From assembly GCA_965197925.1 (NCBI GenBank), contig CBDAOC010000001.1, positions 1 to 64,000 of the forward strand: DNA of 64,000 nt. The letters are read 5' to 3'. Shown in pieces: positions 11,090-20,589 of the stretch. The notes beneath the pieces are model-generated. The model was not told the origin of the DNA. It did no database searches and worked only from the letters and a program-made list of their open reading frames with translations. Source of the DNA: Nitrososphaerales archaeon (GTDB lineage: Archaea > Thermoproteota > Nitrososphaeria > Nitrososphaerales > UBA213). Each line of letters opens with the position of its first letter. Position 1 is the first letter of the stretch. The position numbers and the translations under genes are program-made.

Positions 11090-11644
11090 TTAACCATACT
11101 CTACGCTTATCTGTTCCCCATCCCTTAATGCATGGTCCCTAAACTCGGTGCTTGGCTGTCCGTCAACAAACATCTTTACAGTTTTTATACCATTATTGCA
11201 TTTATCCATTATACAGCTATCAGTGAATGTGACACCCCATACATCGAAGAACTCGTCAAGAGTGAAAGTCCTTACCTCTGTTGATTCAACATGAATCACT
11301 CCTAATGAATCATGTGTATGCAATGGTGACATCCTTGGGTTCTTCATTCCATAAGCATCGAGATCATGGCTCTTGTATAACGCAGCGTTTATGCCAATAT
11401 TTTGTGGTGTGGTTACACTCTTTCCTTCGATTATGATCTTAATCGTTGGATGAATATGCATTATTATCTCTTCATTCTGTGGTGCACTTAGGGCAGTGGG
11501 AGGACTAACTGATGAAAATGCCCCACTCACAACTCCATAGCCTACTCCAATTGCGATAGCACCAATGATACCTGCTAATATTATCACATTTTTACTACGC
11601 CTCTCCTTGATACTTGGATTGTAAACCAATGTGTATACTTCCAA
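11090..11644 (-). CDS. membrane-anchored His-rich hypothetical protein
   Basis: N-terminal TM helix; HIHP and LHTHDSLGVIHVES motifs. Confidence 0.75.
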   Translation of the reverse strand: MEVYTLVYNPSIKERRSKNVIILAGIIGAIAIGVGYGVVSGAFSSVSPPTALSAPQNEEIIMHIHPTIKIIIEGKSVTTPQNIGINAALYKSHDLDAYGMKNPRMSPLHTHDSLGVIHVESTEVRTFTLDEFFDVWGVTFTDSCIMDKCNNGIKTVKMFVDGQPSTEFRDHALRDGEQISVEYG

Positions 11645-11761
11645 AGCGGGATTAATTAATTTAGCACTTTACGTTTGTATAGAATCACTCGAAAAATGTT
11701 ATTATACGTAAATTACAAAGTTCAAGTATATGAGCCTATAATACATATCTGGTGATACATA

Positions 11762-11858
11762 CTGATCACAGATCCCATATGCAAGATGGATGTGGATGAG
11801 CATAAAGCAAAGTTCAGATCCATGTACAATGGTAAAGTTTACCGTTTCTATTGGTTAA
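11762..11858 (+). pseudogene. YHS/TRASH domain fragment
   Basis: Hand translation TDPICKMDVDEHKAKFRSMYNGKVYRF; the terminal FC..C motif is missing. Confidence 0.6.
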
Positions 11859-11867
11859 CCACTTACA

Positions 11868-12233
11868 ATGATGGAGTATTATGAAGATCAAACCAACATA
11901 AACGGAAGGTTTCAGAAGCATCGTTATGCTTTTGGTAAAAAGGAGCAGAAGTCCTTCCCCAGTATGAGCGTCGAGTGTCATAAAGACGATCATAGAATAT
12001 TAAGACAAGCTATCAGATACAAAGTTGAAGTACCTGAGAGTAAAGACAAGGCGATATCGTATACAGAGCTTCTTAATAACGTGAAAACTAAAGCAGAAAC
12101 AGGAGCGAAAGATAGACAGACGGATGTGAAAATCACTGCAATTGCTCCATTTTGTGTTACAGCTTCCTCAGAACATGCAAAATGTCGAGTTGTTTGGTGC
12201 GAATGTGATTGCCATCAGAACAATGATTCCTAG
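11868..12233 (+). CDS. hypothetical protein with Cys/His-rich C-terminus
   Basis: 121 aa ending HAKCRVVWCECDCH. Confidence 0.45.
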   Translation: MMEYYEDQTNINGRFQKHRYAFGKKEQKSFPSMSVECHKDDHRILRQAIRYKVEVPESKDKAISYTELLNNVKTKAETGAKDRQTDVKITAIAPFCVTASSEHAKCRVVWCECDCHQNNDS

Positions 12234-12636
12234 AATACTTTTGATATAATGAACAATATTATCATGGTGTTATCAATAATGCAAAAGCATAGAGTGAACT
12301 ATCAAACATGTTTAGTTACTGATAGTATATATATCTAAATTTGACCTGATCATCAAAATATTAATAAACATCTTAATATGGAGATTTGTAGAAACATAAT
12401 TCTGTTATGTGTAAAAAAAGAATGACTTGTCTTGCAATTATTAAAAATCATAATCCGGCCCACACCTCTTTTTGTCAGAATTTGGCAGGAGTAATACATC
12501 CAGGGTAGATCATGTAGTTTTATTGGAGGAAGGCATTATTTGGGAGCGATGGAACGGGATTTTGAAGCATATATCAGAGCAAACCCTTTATTGACAATCT
12601 CCTAGCAATTACAAAATAACTGACGAAATATACTTA

Positions 12637-13685
12637 GAGCTTATCCTAAAATTAACATCATAGCCTAATTGTTTATACCGAAACAGATCTAGATCTGTCC
12701 TCTCTAGCTAAATTTGTGAGAAAATCAAAGAAAAAGAGCATGCCGACCATATGGCATATACCAGACGATCTATGGGAAGAGTTCAAACTAGTGTTGCCAC
12801 CAGAGAAACCAGCAAGAACAGTTGGAAGGCCAGCTGTGCCATTTAGAAAAGTATTGAATGGAATACTGTATGTATTAAGAACTGGATGCCAGTGGAAGAA
12901 GGTATTGAAAGAATTTGGTTCTGGTTCAACTTGCCACGCAAGATTTCAGGAATGGATTGGGATAGGAGTATTCAAGAAGGTATGGAAGAGGCTGCTGGAA
13001 ATATATGATGAATTGAAGGGTATAGGATGGGACTGGCAATCCATGGATAGCGTACCGAAGGCCCCATTAGGGGGAAAACGGCCGGAGCAAACCCAACGGA
13101 TAGAGGCAAGCTAGGTACCAAACGTCACATGCTGGTTGATAGAAGAGGAGTACCTCTCTCATCTGTAATTACTGGAGCAAATAAACACGATATGAAATCA
13201 GCCTTTCCTACAATAGATAGCATTGTTGTTGATAGGCCCAAAGTTAAACAGAACATATGCATGAATAGGATATGATACGATTTCCCTGAGATAGAGTATG
13301 GAGTTAGGAGAAGGGGATATGTGGATCACATTCGTCATAAGGGTGAAGTATTGAAAAAGAATTTGTACAAAGCAAAGAGATGGGTTGTAGAAAGAACCGC
13401 ATCTTGGCATAACAGGTTCAGAAAGTTATTGGTAAGGTTCGAAAAGAGAGAGGAAAATTATCAGGCGCTAGTAGAATTTGCTAACTGCCTAATAATATAC
13501 AGAGCGATATATTGGCAGTGTCATAAACACGTTAATGCAACTGTTTCTAGTATCTACTATCTACAATACTAATAAAATCAATAGTAAGAAAACTAAACCT
13601 GACAGTATGAACTAATATTCTTGCATTCTAAATGTTATCATTTCTACCAATCATTAACTATCAACTAGAATTTTAGGATAGGCTC
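12637..13685 (+). mobile_element. IS5-family (IS1031-like) element, type B, full length with frameshifted transposase
   Basis: TIR GAGCTTATCCTAAAATT / AATTTTAGGATAGGCTC; TTA duplication on both sides; ORFs 12716-13114 and 13321-13572. Confidence 0.93.
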
Positions 13686-13688
13686 TTA

Positions 13689-13966
13689 GTACTGCCTAAG
13701 TTCACACTAGAAATCCTATCATCAGAAACTAAAGAATTACCTACGGGATCACCCCGACCAATAACTACATTGAATATATCTTCAGGTATACCTACTTCTT
13801 CCATTATCTTAGCGAAAAGCTTCAATGATAATGGATCTGCACTGGGTGGCTTCGAATCTACAGTGCTGCCAGTAAATATTTCAGATGAATTGTGTGACGT
13901 AGGGATAAAAGGAATGGTATATCCATACGAAATTCCAACAGAAACGGGACAAAAATTAAATCCCAA
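13689..13966 (-). pseudogene. aldehyde dehydrogenase fragment truncated by IS
   Basis: KPPSADPLS...GIPEDIFNVVIGRGDPVGNSLV...GST matches the ALDH NAD-binding region. Confidence 0.65.
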
Positions 13967-14051
13967 CCCATTTTTCGGAAATAATATGAGAATAATAATT
14001 ACTCATAATAAGGCAAGTCTAAACTTGGTTAAAATTTATCCATCTAATTGA

Positions 14052-14984
14052 TCATATAATCTTTGCACCACTGCTTGGATTGCATGTAATAGCCTTACCA
14101 TTTACATAAGAGTCTTTGAATCCTTCTTCCATTGCTCTGCAGATGCTTTGAACATCCTGTCCGACTTTTGCAAACGCTATCATTGCGGGTCCGGCACCAC
14201 TGATTGTGACAGCAAGTGCTCCAGCATCCAAAGCATTTTTCTTCACATGTTCATAACCGGGAATCAAATGCAGCCTTGCGGGTTCAACTATAATGTCGTT
14301 AACAGCTTGGGAGATAAGTTCAACATCTCCAAGCATGAATCCAGCTACTACTGTACATGCATTGGCAACATTGCTAGTCAACTGTTTGAGAGAAACCTGC
14401 TCCGGTAAAACACTTCGAGCAACTTCAGTCTTCTTTTGTGGTACCTCTACATCCGGAATCACAATACAAAGCGCAAGATCTTTTGGAGAATCTATTTTTA
14501 CAATATTCAATGGCTCCGTTCTCACTATCACAAAACCACCAAGTAGTGATGCTGATACATTGTCATAATGCATTGTACCCGCAGTAGCAACCTCACCCAT
14601 CGCAGCATACTTAACCAAGGAATTCTTATCTAGATTTAGATCGAACATAGCATTAAATGCGAACGCAGCTGCAGCTGCAGATGCCGCAGAACTACCGAGT
14701 CCAAAACCGGGAGGAACACCCTTGTCCACCATGACATTCAAACCGTTATCTATATTGTATTCCTCGATCATTTTTTTGATTACCAATCCAGCTGCATTGG
14801 CTCCTACCTCCAACGGAATTGAATTTCCGTATTCTCCACTGACCTCTAATTGCAAGGCACCCATTTTTATGACTTCGAGTGTCACTGTATCGTGAAACGC
14901 ATCAAGAGCAAGACCAAAAACATCGAAACCCGGACCTATGTTCGCCGTTGATGATGGAGCGTGTGCAATTACTCTATCCTTCAC
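14052..14984 (-). CDS. thrB: homoserine kinase
   Basis: APSSTANIGPGFDVFG, PPGFGLGSSAAS, HYDNV and ISGAGP motifs. Confidence 0.95.
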   Translation of the reverse strand: MKDRVIAHAPSSTANIGPGFDVFGLALDAFHDTVTLEVIKMGALQLEVSGEYGNSIPLEVGANAAGLVIKKMIEEYNIDNGLNVMVDKGVPPGFGLGSSAASAAAAAFAFNAMFDLNLDKNSLVKYAAMGEVATAGTMHYDNVSASLLGGFVIVRTEPLNIVKIDSPKDLALCIVIPDVEVPQKKTEVARSVLPEQVSLKQLTSNVANACTVVAGFMLGDVELISQAVNDIIVEPARLHLIPGYEHVKKNALDAGALAVTISGAGPAMIAFAKVGQDVQSICRAMEEGFKDSYVNGKAITCNPSSGAKII

Positions 14985-15739
14985 TAGCCTTCAACATCCT
15001 CTCCCATTTTAAAAATTCTGGCAAGTGTAGCGTCAAGATTTATCATTCCTTCAGCGGTTGCACAAGAAATTGCAATTAACCCCATTAAAAACCCTCCCTC
15101 CTTAAGACTCTTTACCGATTCCATGCCCAGTAAATAATGTTCACTATCTTTTTCTCGTGAAATCGCATTTTGTAATAATGTAGTACTAGTTGACCAATTA
15201 AGTACTTCGTTCCTACTCTCCATAATATCAATTTTTGATAATATATTCACTTGTGGTATATGGAGTCGCAAACGTATTGACGTTGCAAGCAGAGCAATTG
15301 AAACAAAATTTGTAGGTGTGGACATCAACATTCCATCGAACAGAAATATTGAAGCTTTGTTTTCACATGAAAAATTAGAAACAAAATACGGTCCACTTTC
15401 CCTGTGTGCGAATAATTCTAGCTGTCCGGGAGTATCAATAATAACATAATCAGGATTTACTTCATCAACTCTATTTTGTATTTCACTTATTTTGGTAGCG
15501 ATCAAATCACTCGCCAATACAAGCGCTCCATTTGGCCCCAAGCCATACGTTTGCATTATCGTGTTAATATCAATATAATCTCTAATATCTACAGCTGGAT
15601 CATACGGTAAATTAACAGTTCCTGGATCTAGATTGAGTGCAATAGCATATGCATTATTGCTAGAGTACCATTCGATCAAGCGCGAAGTAAGTAATGACTT
15701 ACCAGATCCAGCCGTTCCGGTTACAAATATTGCGTACAC
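14984..15739 (-). CDS. GPN-loop GTPase
   Basis: GTAGSGKS, NLDP, LGPNG and DTPGQLE motifs. Confidence 0.95.
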   Translation of the reverse strand: MYAIFVTGTAGSGKSLLTSRLIEWYSSNNAYAIALNLDPGTVNLPYDPAVDIRDYIDINTIMQTYGLGPNGALVLASDLIATKISEIQNRVDEVNPDYVIIDTPGQLELFAHRESGPYFVSNFSCENKASIFLFDGMLMSTPTNFVSIALLATSIRLRLHIPQVNILSKIDIMESRNEVLNWSTSTTLLQNAISREKDSEHYLLGMESVKSLKEGGFLMGLIAISCATAEGMINLDATLARIFKMGEDVEG

Positions 15740-16182
15740 TTTGCTTCTAATGTTATAGAATTATTTATTCTTATAATCAATATATGTAAATACCCTTTTT
15801 TTGCGTTGATAATTATCATTATAATGAGTGTGTGAATTGACTCTCCAACTTGAATTGCTTCATTCACGATTATCGAGAGTATCAAGACGCTTTCACACCG
15901 TAGGTATATATGATATATAACGATATCAGGATTTTCATTCAATTTTTGAGTATATATTTCATTATTTATTCTACAAGGAGATGATAATCTAGCCAATCTA
16001 TTAATCATGGTGAAATCACCAATTTCAAAGATATTTATTAATTGATTATTTCTACCATCCTTTTAAGAATTCATAAAACTTATTGTAATTTCTCAACTGT
16101 AGACGTAATAGCTCGTTATTATATAATTAAAATCAAAAACTTGTTTGGAACAGATCACAATTTTTGTGTACTTGTAAAGATA

Positions 16183-16476
16183 AAGATATTACTAAACACG
16201 AAATTACTAAATGCACAAGATATTACTAAACACGAAATTACTAAATGCACAAGATATTACTAAACACGAAATTACTAAATGCACAAGATATTACTAAACA
16301 CGAAATTACTAAATGCACAAGATATTACTAAACACGAAATTACTAAATGCACAAGATATTACTAAACACGAAATTACTAAATGCACAAGATATTACTAAA
16401 CACGAAATTACTAAATGCACAAGATATTACTAAACACGAAATTACTAAATGCACAAGATATTACTAAACACGAAAT
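16183..16476. repeat. perfect tandem array of the 34-bp unit AAGATATTACTAAACACGAAATTACTAAATGCAC, 8 full copies plus 22 bp
   Basis: Units start at 16183, 16217, 16251, 16285, 16319, 16353, 16387, 16421 and 16455 (partial); 17 copies of ATTACTAAA. Confidence 0.97.
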
Positions 16477-16689
16477 GGAATATTACATTTACTTTATTTT
16501 TACACAGCATGGTGGAATTAAATAGTAATATAGGAAAGTCAATATGGGATTATATCTAATTATTCATATAACATCTTTCTATTAATTGGAACATGAACAA
16601 GAATATGGACCATAACTAACATTCAATTTATTTGTTATGACATATGCAAATGAACAATACAAATTAATAAAAATGTTAGGGGGATTCTT

Positions 16690-17253
16690 TCATAGTATTC
16701 CCAACACTGTTTCTTTTGTTTGCTTGTCCATTTCTATTCTAAAAATTAACATTGATGAGGAGATATCAAAATCAACTTTGCCATTGATAAGATCCTTTAA
16801 TACTGTTTTTATTAGTGTCTTACAATACACAGACCATTTCCATCCAAGCTCGTGCTGTATAATGCAAATTAATATTTCATTCTGATAAAATTCTTTCTCA
16901 CTGAATCCAGATGCTCTAGAACGACTCCGGAGCCAATGCAGAAATGATTGAATATCATATCGCTTTTCCATGTAAATGATCTGTGCTTTTATAATGTCTT
17001 TTGTTTGTTCCACAATTTTTTCAATATCTTCATCAGCAACTTTTAGTAGAATAGATGAAAGCATATCCTTAGTAACCGGTATGAACCCAGCTTTTTTTGC
17101 GTCTCTTTCCCAGTCGACATAATTCTGCAGGACATTATTAGCTAAAACATTAAGGCTCATTCGGTCTACTCTAGCTTGTTCCTTGAGAGTTCGTACTACC
17201 TCGTGACCGATTCTCAACGAGATCACATTTTTTTTATTATTACCGTTGGTCAT
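16690..17253 (-). CDS. N-terminal ribbon-helix-helix protein with an uncharacterised C-terminal domain (paralogue 2)
   Basis: VISLRIGHEVVRTLKEQARVDRMSLNVLANNVLQNYV is an RHH pattern; colinear with 17459-17995. Confidence 0.8.
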   Translation of the reverse strand: MTNGNNKKNVISLRIGHEVVRTLKEQARVDRMSLNVLANNVLQNYVDWERDAKKAGFIPVTKDMLSSILLKVADEDIEKIVEQTKDIIKAQIIYMEKRYDIQSFLHWLRSRSRASGFSEKEFYQNEILICIIQHELGWKWSVYCKTLIKTVLKDLINGKVDFDISSSMLIFRIEMDKQTKETVLGIL

Positions 17254-17458
17254 TATTCGATAACCTCTGTTAATCCTAACTATTGATCATTTTGTTTTGA
17301 ACTATATAAAGTTGGACTCTACTAACTAGTGATGGGAAATATTTTAAAAAATTGCGGAATGAAAAATGTGCGCAACAGCTAACGCTAAATTGTAAGTGTC
17401 AAATTGTAATACGAAATAATGATGAAGTGAGATAAAAAAGTTTGGGGTTGATTATTAA

Positions 17459-17995
17459 TCAACCGATGTCAGCTGTGAATACAACACTTTGTTCTGTTAT
17501 GTTTGGCTCTATTCGTTTCTGCAAATTATCGAAAAGAATTTTCAGGATAGTTTGTAGATATATAGAATATTTCATCCCTAGATCGTGCTGGACTATGTAG
17601 GTGTACAATGTGTCCACCATCACTCGTTTTTTTGCAAATCCAGATGCTCTACACATTTCATCTAGCCATCTTAGGAATGTTTGTAGATCAAACTTTTTTT
17701 GCATGTAGATTATTACATCGATGATATTCTTTGCAGATCTCGTAGCGACTTGCTCCAGCTGGTTCTGCTCTAACTTTCCCAATAGTGTTGCGAACAGGTC
17801 TTTAGTGATCGGCACAAAGCCAATTCTACTTGCGTCCCTCTCCCATGCTGTGTACCTCTTGAATATGTGGTTGACAAGTACGTTTAAGGAGATATTCGCA
17901 GAATCTGCTTCGCTTCTTAATTCCTCTACCACCATTTGTTCTATGCGTACAGACATTACTTCTGTCTGTCTATGCTTCCTTTCTTGGATTGTCAT
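17459..17995 (-). CDS. N-terminal ribbon-helix-helix protein with an uncharacterised C-terminal domain (paralogue 1)
   Basis: VMSVRIEQMVVEELRSEADSANISLNVLVNHIFKRY; starts 18 bp after the ftsZ stop. Confidence 0.8.
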   Translation of the reverse strand: MTIQERKHRQTEVMSVRIEQMVVEELRSEADSANISLNVLVNHIFKRYTAWERDASRIGFVPITKDLFATLLGKLEQNQLEQVATRSAKNIIDVIIYMQKKFDLQTFLRWLDEMCRASGFAKKRVMVDTLYTYIVQHDLGMKYSIYLQTILKILFDNLQKRIEPNITEQSVVFTADIG

Positions 17996-18013
17996 AGTCC
18001 CATCTCGGAAAAA

Positions 18014-19120
18014 TTAGTGAAGGAACGAGAAAAGTCCCTTCTTCTTTGGTTGATCGTGAGTCGACACAGTAACTGTCTCTTGTTTCAGCTGTTGTGCTAG
18101 CGTACTTTCGATGCCTGTTAAAACTACCATAACTCTTGCCTGCCCATTCATATTTTTGTCAACCTTCGCTCCCCACACTACTTTCACATTGTTTGGCAGT
18201 GATCGTGTAACTAACTCTCCAGCTCTTGTGACCTCATCAAGCGTTATGTCATCTCCACCAGACACGTGTACAAGTGCACCGTTTGCACGTGACATGTCCT
18301 TGATGTCAAGCAACTGTGTATCCAATGCCATACGAACAGCCATTTCTATTCTATCAACTCCATCTTTGTATCCTACTCCAATTGCTGCCAGTCCTTTATT
18401 TTCCATTATCGCAGTCAAGTCAGCTAGATCTATATTGATCAGACTCGCCGCAGTTATTGTTTCTGTAATACCTCTTATGAATTCACCAACTAATTCATTT
18501 GCTACACCTAATGCCTCTTGTATAGGTAGATTACCCGCTACCTTCGTAAGCCTGTTGTTGTCTATTGCTACTACAGTATCACAGCATCCTTGCAGCTTTT
18601 CCAACGCTTCATTCGCTAGATCAAATCTGTAACGCTCAACAGCGAAAGGCAGAGTAACCACACCTATTACAAGTCCGCCCGTGAGTTTCTTCAGCTCTTC
18701 AGCTAGTATTTGTATAGCCCCAGTTCCAGTTCCACCACCAAGACCTGCACAAAGGAAAATGATATCTGATCCTTCAATCTCTCTTTCGATCTCGTGCAGG
18801 TTTTCATATGTTGCCTGCTTTCCTTTATCAGGATAACCTCCACAACCCCTTCCTAAGCAGAGTTTCGCTCCTATCAGAATTCTTCGATCCGCTCTAGTGA
18901 TACTCAAGTGTGCTGCATCTGTGTTAACGGCAATTAATTTTCCACCAGATATTCCACGATCCTTTATCCATGACAATATGTTACTCCCAGCACCTCCAGC
19001 TCCAATTACCGTAATACTTGGTCTAGCCATTTCCACAGCAGTTCTTAATGTCTCCTGTTCCATCAGTGATGCCGGTGCCATTTGTTGTCTATTCAATTCC
19101 AATTTTCCACCTCCATACAT
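18014..19120 (-). CDS. ftsZ: FtsZ/tubulin-family GTPase
   Basis: GAGGAGSN, AVNTD, GLGGGTGTG signature, TLPFAVE, IDNNRL and T7 loop INIDLADL. Confidence 0.93.
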   Translation of the reverse strand: MYGGGKLELNRQQMAPASLMEQETLRTAVEMARPSITVIGAGGAGSNILSWIKDRGISGGKLIAVNTDAAHLSITRADRRILIGAKLCLGRGCGGYPDKGKQATYENLHEIEREIEGSDIIFLCAGLGGGTGTGAIQILAEELKKLTGGLVIGVVTLPFAVERYRFDLANEALEKLQGCCDTVVAIDNNRLTKVAGNLPIQEALGVANELVGEFIRGITETITAASLINIDLADLTAIMENKGLAAIGVGYKDGVDRIEMAVRMALDTQLLDIKDMSRANGALVHVSGGDDITLDEVTRAGELVTRSLPNNVKVVWGAKVDKNMNGQARVMVVLTGIESTLAQQLKQETVTVSTHDQPKKKGLFSFLH

Positions 19121-19547
19121 ATGATAATGATATTTCCAGTTAAGTTCTCCGTTTACAAATCAATTGGAAGTAGACAAGTAGCTAGCAATACAACTACTTT
19201 AGATCAGAATCAGATCTTATGTGATCTGAAAGATGAATATTGTAACACAATGAATACAATCATGAAAATATATTACAATAATAATTTCTGTATAATTGAC
19301 ATGCAAATTAGTGTATCGATAACATACAATGATTAGTTAGAATGATTAAACTTCCCAAATGTGTATAGGAATTTCCGACAAAGTATCAATGATAATCCAA
19401 ACTATGGAATTGTAGAAATTTCATGCATTATATACACAAAAAGCTAGGTCTCTAACAGATTAATATTGTTTGTCTAAAGTTTCTTGCGACCCTAATGAAT
19501 GATTTGATTCAAATCCTTTAAGCTTATTACCATGGAATAATGTTGTA

Positions 19548-20555
19548 ATGCCAATGAAGTGGAGGATCATTGCCATTGCTGCAAGCTTGGTACCATTGGT
19601 AATTATAGCTCTATTGCTAGATGTTGGTCCTTCTGATATTATCGCTGTCGGTATAATTCCATTTGTGCTTGCTAGTATAGCAGCATTAGCAAAAATGGTT
19701 GTGCAAGGATTACGCTTTCATTACTTTGTAAAAAGTTTTGTTGGTTCTGTTACAAGTATGAGAAGCACCATTCTAGCTAGAATAGGAAGCGAGTTCATAA
19801 CTCTAACGACGCCTGCATATACCGGCGGTGAATTTTTGAGAGTAGCTTGGTTGCATAAGAAGCGAGTTCATGCAGGTAAAGGCATGTGGGTAATTATTAT
19901 AGAAATCATAAGTGATGTAATGGTAGGGTCAACTCTATCTTACATAGCTGCCATATGGGCCTTTCTAGCCGGGAACTATGTTATTGCAACTGGGATAGTC
20001 GTGATCGTATCCCCAATCTTTACAACTTATCTAGTACTGCTAATAATGTCGTCTAAAAGGGTTTTACAGTTGCCTAAATTTACAGCCCCCCTTCTAAGGA
20101 GATTCATTGGTGACAATAGAGCAGTGAAGATGACTGATAGTGGTAACGATACTCTGAAAGTCTTGTGTGAAATGTCTAAAGAGAATTTAAATTCATCATC
20201 ATTAAGGATATTTGTAACAGGTCTTGCATTAACCTTTGTTGCTGCATGTATACATGGCTTAACCTTCATGTTTCTTGCAAACACTGAAGCAACTGTAGGA
20301 TTCATAGAATCACTTATGGCTGTATCGGCTTCAGTGGCGATTGGAACTCTGCCTATAAGTCCAGGAGGTTCTGGTCTAAGTGAGTTCGGTATTGGTGCAT
20401 ATCTATCCACTTTCGGAATTGATGCCTTGGCTTTTGGTAGCATAATTATAGCTTGGAGGATAGCTTCCTATCATGTCCAGTTGGTGATAGCCTGGATTGC
20501 TCTTATGAAGATGACTGTAAGTAAGTTGGACAGCACCACAACACCAACTCCTTAG
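19548..20555 (+). CDS. lysylphosphatidylglycerol synthase TM / flippase-like membrane protein
   Basis: TPAYTGGE, PISPGGSGLSE and WRIASY motifs; multiple TM helices. Confidence 0.85.
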   Translation: MPMKWRIIAIAASLVPLVIIALLLDVGPSDIIAVGIIPFVLASIAALAKMVVQGLRFHYFVKSFVGSVTSMRSTILARIGSEFITLTTPAYTGGEFLRVAWLHKKRVHAGKGMWVIIIEIISDVMVGSTLSYIAAIWAFLAGNYVIATGIVVIVSPIFTTYLVLLIMSSKRVLQLPKFTAPLLRRFIGDNRAVKMTDSGNDTLKVLCEMSKENLNSSSLRIFVTGLALTFVAACIHGLTFMFLANTEATVGFIESLMAVSASVAIGTLPISPGGSGLSEFGIGAYLSTFGIDALAFGSIIIAWRIASYHVQLVIAWIALMKMTVSKLDSTTTPTP

Positions 20556-20589
20556 AAACCACTTTAAATACCCTTTACGAAAATTCGAT

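Noticed and set aside
16183..16476. Tandem array as a CRISPR array or as part of ORF 16042-16263
   Set aside because: The units are contiguous and identical with no spacers; the 34-bp period breaks the frame and the ORF looks spurious.
15760..16690. Chromosomal replication origin
   Set aside because: It is AT-rich with repeats, but I saw no ORB-like G-string motif and no adjacent orc1/cdc6 gene; unsupported without skew data.
18111..18632. 173-aa ORF antisense to ftsZ, and similar antisense ORFs over thrB, acnX, asnB and the IS transposases
   Set aside because: They are shadow frames of well-supported genes on the opposite strand and have no motifs of their own.
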